From Nanobdellota archaeon (lineage in GTDB: Archaea; Nanobdellota; Nanobdellia; SCGC-AAA011-G17; ARS1403), in the NCBI GenBank assembly GCA_018831025.1, contig JAHJRB010000093.1:1-5850 (forward strand): 5,850 nucleotides of DNA. Direction: 5' to 3'. Shown piece after piece: positions 2,872 through 5,850 of this stretch. Numbering within the stretch: the first letter of the stretch is position 1; each line of letters opens with the position of its first letter. The notes under the pieces are model-generated. The model was not told the origin of the DNA, made no database searches, and saw only the letters and a list, made by a program, of their open reading frames with translations. A program made the translations under genes and the position numbers.

Positions 2872-5493
2872 TTAAATTTCCTTTTTTATTTCTTGAACTA
2901 TGGATGGAGAAGAGCCTGCGTGCCAACTTAATTTTGGGCGTATTCTTAATGGATAAATTCTTTCAGAAGTATCATCCAATAAAATTGCTGCACCTTTTTC
3001 TCTTGGCAGATTATTTATTTGCTCAGTAATTCCTAACTCCATATAACTCTGCATCATTTGATTCAAAGAATCAATATCCTGCTTTGCAGTTAATCTATGA
3101 GATAAAACAATATCGGATTGTGTTATTACATCATCATGGATTTTTCCTGGTTGTTGAGTTGCTAATATCATCGAAATTCCTGGTTGTCTACCCTCTCTTA
3201 ATAAAGAAATTAATGCGTTTGTTGCAGGTGTTGTTTTATCTCTGGGTAACATCTGATGACATTCATCAATTAATAACCAAACCTGCGGTAGTTTAGATTT
3301 TCTTGTAGTTTTTTTAAATGGATTGTAGCCTTGTTTGATTTCATTTAATTCTTCTTTTTTTCTTTCTAACATTCTTTCCTGTAATATTTTTTGGGCTATT
3401 AAACCAGTTACTAGACTTTTGATTGACCAATTTCCAGCGGTAGATGAATAACAGCTAATGTCTATTACAGAAACCTTTCCAGGCTGGACTAAACTACTAA
3501 ATTCTTCAGCTGCTTCTGAAAACAATCCCCATGTTAAAGAAGCTTCGAATAAACTTTCAACCAGATTTTTTGTCTCTTCATTTGCTTTAGCATCTGATTC
3601 TGCTTCCATTATTATATCATGAATAGAATAATTACCATGTAGTTTTTTTAATATCCTTGTAATTAAAACTCCCTCTCTAGAATTAACATCTAAGTTAAAG
3701 GTGCTGCACCAATCTGAAGCTGTTAATAATTTTGGATGGATTGTAAATGGAACATCAACTGGAATTCCTTGCTGCTTGTGCTTTTCGAAATAACCTGCAG
3801 GAGTAAAGATTGTAAGATCTTTTAATGCAGTAGGTTGTAAGTTCCAAGATTTTAATAATTTGGAATCTCTTTCATTAGCATATTTCATAGACCAAAAAAT
3901 ACCCATTGTGTCTAAGATTACAACTGAAAGATTTTGTCTTACTTCTTCTGGCAGGTTAATAATAGATTCTGCGATAACGCTTAATGAATAACTATTATGT
4001 ACAATTATATCATTAGCGATAAAATTGTGATTGTTTGGAACACAGATGTCATAAACCTTGAAATTACCTTCTAATTTTTCCATAGAAATTACCTCATCCC
4101 AGAAAATATCTGACTCTGCCAATAGTTTTAATCCGTTGTGTTGTTCTGCTTCCGCTACTTGTAACATAACAGACCTTGTTGTAGAGTACTTAACCCTTTC
4201 TCTCATTGCCTTGGGGTATTTATATCCGCAAAATCTTCCGACTTCTGCCCAATTATCTGGACGATATAAACCCCATATTTCTTTTGGAATTGTATCCACA
4301 TTACTATTAAAAGAAATATTTTCTGCATGTTCTAAAAATTGTTCTACCCGTTTTTCTTTATTTCCAAAAAACCCTATTTCCCTAACAAATTTAATAGAAT
4401 TTTCTGTATTAATTACTATCTCATATGACTTAAACATTTTATTATTTAACCTGATTCTTTTATCTCTTAATTTAGAGAGGATTCCATATCTGAGAAGTAA
4501 GTGGTGTACTTGTTTTATTAATTTTGTAGAGGAGGAACTATAACTTATTTCCCAACCATTTCTAGAATTATTTAAATAAATACTTCCATCGCAACTGAAC
4601 AACCGATTAAGAAATAAGCTAAGCTTTTCTTTTTTTAATTTTAGGATTTCTTTTGGAATGGATTTTTGAAGTGCTGAAAGACCAAAGAGACCATATTTTT
4701 CTATAAAAAGCCTAATTTTTCTTTTCTTATTTATAATTTTGCTACCTTTTGCCCAACATTTTCTTTTCCCATCAAAAATCATTTTACTAGAATCTAAACA
4801 TATAGTTTCGTAAAGAGGATTAGATATTCTGTAACATCCCTTTCTTTCTTCCATTAATTCTGAAGTAGGATCTAACTTTTGTAGGTCGCTTCTAAATTCT
4901 TCAATAATTTTTTCATCATTATTACTAAAAGTAACTATTTTCTTTGTATGGCCTTCTGCAATTAAATATGCAAGGAGTCTAATTTCATTATTGGACATTT
5001 CATTATTCCCAAAATTATCAGTTTTTCTTGGTGTAGCAATTCTGCTCCCGATTGATAAATCTTGTGCTTCTTTCCATCCCTTTATTGTTAGTAGGGGATG
5101 TTCCTTTGTTAGTTTTATTTCTTTTCCACTTCTTAATTTTATTTTTATTAATTCATTTGTATTCCTTGAAAAGAATTCTGTTTTCTGTGTTTTTTCAATT
5201 TTTAATTTTTCATTTAAAGATAAGATATTTTCATTATTATTTTCTAAATCTTTTATTGGAATTTGAGAACCATCTGTTAAGCTAATTAAAGTATCCCCGT
5301 GGAGGCATTTTCCAGATCCTCTTTTTCCACAAATTAAAACTACATGGGATTTTGCAACATCCATGTAAACTGGATTAGATAAAGAAATATTTCTGCCCAT
5401 TTTAACATAACTTTTTCCTAGTAGAATTAATCCTTGAGTGCCATATTTTTCTTTATCTTCTTTATCTCTGCCTACTATTATGTTGTATGCCAT
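2872..5493 (-). CDS. HerA/FtsK-superfamily (DUF87 / COG0433-like) P-loop ATPase precursor containing an intein. The predicted spliced product is 435 aa.
   Basis: ATG at 5491-5493 and TAA at 2872-2874. Walker A GKRGSGK (aa 56-62) is completed by S501 after intein removal, giving GKRGSGKS. Walker B is QVWLLIDECHQ (aa 737-747). The HerA/DUF87-typical REGRQPGISMILATQQPGKI...VLSHRL motif and a C-terminal ..RIRPKLSWHAGSS are present. Only about 55 residues precede the P-loop, so no full HAS-barrel is evident. Confidence 0.93.
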   Translation of the reverse strand: MAYNIIVGRDKEDKEKYGTQGLILLGKSYVKMGRNISLSNPVYMDVAKSHVVLICGKRGSGKCLHGDTLISLTDGSQIPIKDLENNNENILSLNEKLKIEKTQKTEFFSRNTNELIKIKLRSGKEIKLTKEHPLLTIKGWKEAQDLSIGSRIATPRKTDNFGNNEMSNNEIRLLAYLIAEGHTKKIVTFSNNDEKIIEEFRSDLQKLDPTSELMEERKGCYRISNPLYETICLDSSKMIFDGKRKCWAKGSKIINKKRKIRLFIEKYGLFGLSALQKSIPKEILKLKKEKLSLFLNRLFSCDGSIYLNNSRNGWEISYSSSSTKLIKQVHHLLLRYGILSKLRDKRIRLNNKMFKSYEIVINTENSIKFVREIGFFGNKEKRVEQFLEHAENISFNSNVDTIPKEIWGLYRPDNWAEVGRFCGYKYPKAMRERVKYSTTRSVMLQVAEAEQHNGLKLLAESDIFWDEVISMEKLEGNFKVYDICVPNNHNFIANDIIVHNSYSLSVIAESIINLPEEVRQNLSVVILDTMGIFWSMKYANERDSKLLKSWNLQPTALKDLTIFTPAGYFEKHKQQGIPVDVPFTIHPKLLTASDWCSTFNLDVNSREGVLITRILKKLHGNYSIHDIIMEAESDAKANEETKNLVESLFEASLTWGLFSEAAEEFSSLVQPGKVSVIDISCYSSTAGNWSIKSLVTGLIAQKILQERMLERKKEELNEIKQGYNPFKKTTRKSKLPQVWLLIDECHQMLPRDKTTPATNALISLLREGRQPGISMILATQQPGKIHDDVITQSDIVLSHRLTAKQDIDSLNQMMQSYMELGITEQINNLPREKGAAILLDDTSERIYPLRIRPKLSWHAGSSPSIVQEIKKEI
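2882..2887 (+). terminator. T6 tract downstream of the 2559..2870 gene. This is a candidate archaeal terminator lying inside the C-terminal Lys codons of the opposing ATPase gene.
   Basis: tttttt at 2882-2887, starting 12 nt after the TAG at 2868-2870, followed by attt. Confidence 0.3.
3256..3285 (-). other. Walker B / DExH-like box of the ATPase (QVWLLIDECH).
   Basis: Read directly from the minus-strand codons: four hydrophobic residues followed by D-E-C-H, as in HerA-type hhhhDEAH boxes. Confidence 0.8.
3994..5307 (-). mobile_element. Full-size (438 aa) class-1 intein with an embedded LAGLIDADG homing endonuclease, inserted in the ATPase P-loop between Lys62 and Ser501.
   Basis: Block A is CLHGDTLISLTDG (Cys1 at 5305-5307). 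Block B is LTKEHPLL (TxxH at 5098-5109). LAGLIDADG motif 1 is LLAYLIAEGH (4948-4977) and motif 2 is LNRLFSCDGSI (4579-4611). Blocks F/G are VYDICVPNNHNFIANDIIVHN, with the terminal HN at 3994-3999 and +1 Ser at 3991-3993. The length is an exact multiple of 3 (1314 nt) and in frame with both exteins. Confidence 0.9.
5308..5328 (-). other. N-terminal portion of the Walker A motif (GKRGSGK) ending at the intein insertion point.
   Basis: Codons read directly: gga aaa aga gga tct gga aaa, followed by tgc (Cys1 of the intein) at 5305-5307. Confidence 0.9.
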
Positions 5494-5505
5494 AAAAAGA
5501 AGTTA

Positions 5506-5850
5506 TTAACGTTTTACATATTTAAATGCTAGCCCTAATGCCAATGCAAAGACTAACCATTTAAGGTAAGGTAAAACTGCTAATATTAAATTGATTCCTG
5601 GATCTAAAACTGAAACATAATTTAAAAATGGATTATCTATGTTTTTTAATAAATTTATGATTCCTATGAATAATAATACATAAACTAAGATAACAAGTAA
5701 TGACATTAAACTAGTAACTATAGTATCATCGCTGACAATAGAAGAAACTAAGTCTCTAACCCTTGGAAGGATTTTGACAATTATGAATAAAGCTGCTACA
5801 ATTGAAAAAACAATACCAAGCATATTGATTGCCCAAGCTTCTGCTGCCAT
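5506..5850 (-). CDS. Small multi-pass membrane protein (at least 3 TM helices) of unknown function, immediately upstream of and co-oriented with the ATPase gene. It may extend beyond the window edge.
   Basis: TAA at 5506-5508. The frame is open to the last base of the window, where an ATG sits at 5848-5850. Hydrophobic segments are INMLGIVFSIVAALFIIVKIL, IVTSLMSLLVILVYVLLFIGIINLL and INLILAVLPYLKWLVFALALGLAF. It is separated from the ATPase start codon by 12 nt. Confidence 0.75.
   Translation of the reverse strand: MAAEAWAINMLGIVFSIVAALFIIVKILPRVRDLVSSIVSDDTIVTSLMSLLVILVYVLLFIGIINLLKNIDNPFLNYVSVLDPGINLILAVLPYLKWLVFALALGLAFKYVKR

Noticed and set aside
2732-2926. 64-aa minus-strand ORF spanning the convergent junction
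   Set aside because: It would overlap the ends of two better-supported genes, including the ATPase C-terminus in another frame. Its Ser/Leu-rich antisense-type composition argues against it.
3084-3296. 70-aa plus-strand ORF opposite the ATPase Walker B region
   Set aside because: It is antisense to a conserved motif-bearing stretch (LLIDECH, REGRQPG) of the real gene, and its translation is featureless.
4058-4543. 161-aa plus-strand ORF antisense to the intein endonuclease region
   Set aside because: It lies wholly inside the strongly supported minus-strand ATPase/intein CDS. Its low-complexity Leu/Ser/Ile/Phe-rich translation is typical of antisense frames in AT-rich DNA. It has no recognisable motifs and no promoter box.
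4991-5285. Two overlapping plus-strand ORFs (91 aa and 77 aa) rich in Phe/Leu/Ile
   Set aside because: They are antisense shadows of the Lys/Asn/Glu-rich intein N-terminal region. They overlap each other in different frames and have no independent support.
3994-5307. Interpreting the 438-aa insert as a gene fusion or a free-standing homing endonuclease gene, or the ORF as two ATPase fragments
   Set aside because: The insert is in frame with no internal stops or start context. It is bounded by exact intein termini (Cys1, His-Asn plus Ser+1), and removing it recreates a perfect Walker A GKRGSGKS. That is diagnostic of an intein rather than a fusion or pseudogene.
1-5850. Search for tRNA/rRNA genes, CRISPR repeats, transposase or IS termini, and long direct or inverted repeats
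   Set aside because: Intergenic space is limited to 34, 82, 1 and 12 nt. No regularly spaced repeats or cloverleaf-capable G+C-rich segments were seen by eye. The only mobile element identified is the intein.

Overview
The window is visibly AT-rich (not computed) and densely packed, with seven real protein genes and almost no intergenic DNA. I saw no rRNA, tRNA or CRISPR array. The gene content and signals point to an archaeon with a small, streamlined genome, possibly DPANN-like. This placement is an inference from four things: a Trm5/Taw2-type tRNA methyltransferase, TTTAAATA boxes about 26-30 nt upstream of start codons, oligo-T tracts after genes, and a LAGLIDADG intein.

The main feature is an 873-aa minus-strand ORF (2872..5493) encoding a HerA/FtsK-superfamily (DUF87-like) P-loop ATPase. 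A 438-aa intein (3994..5307) carrying an apparently intact LAGLIDADG homing endonuclease splits its Walker A motif exactly between GKRGSGK and S. This ATPase lies 12 nt downstream of, and co-directional with, a multi-pass membrane protein gene (5506..>5850). That suggests a membrane-associated translocation module.

The other genes are:
- two beta-strand-rich, Gly/aromatic/Ser-rich putative envelope proteins (<2..472 + and 1234..1848 -), which look like porin or OMP-type beta-barrels and would be odd for an archaeon;
- a minimal Trm5-like methyltransferase lacking the D1 domain (507..1247);
- a Lys-rich-tail plus coiled-coil plus 4-TM membrane protein (1931..2566), overlapping and probably translationally coupled to a small coiled-coil protein (2559..2870).

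Both convergent gene pairs meet head-on: one overlaps by 14 nt, the other leaves a 1-nt gap. All functional calls rest on motif recognition by eye. No searches were run.
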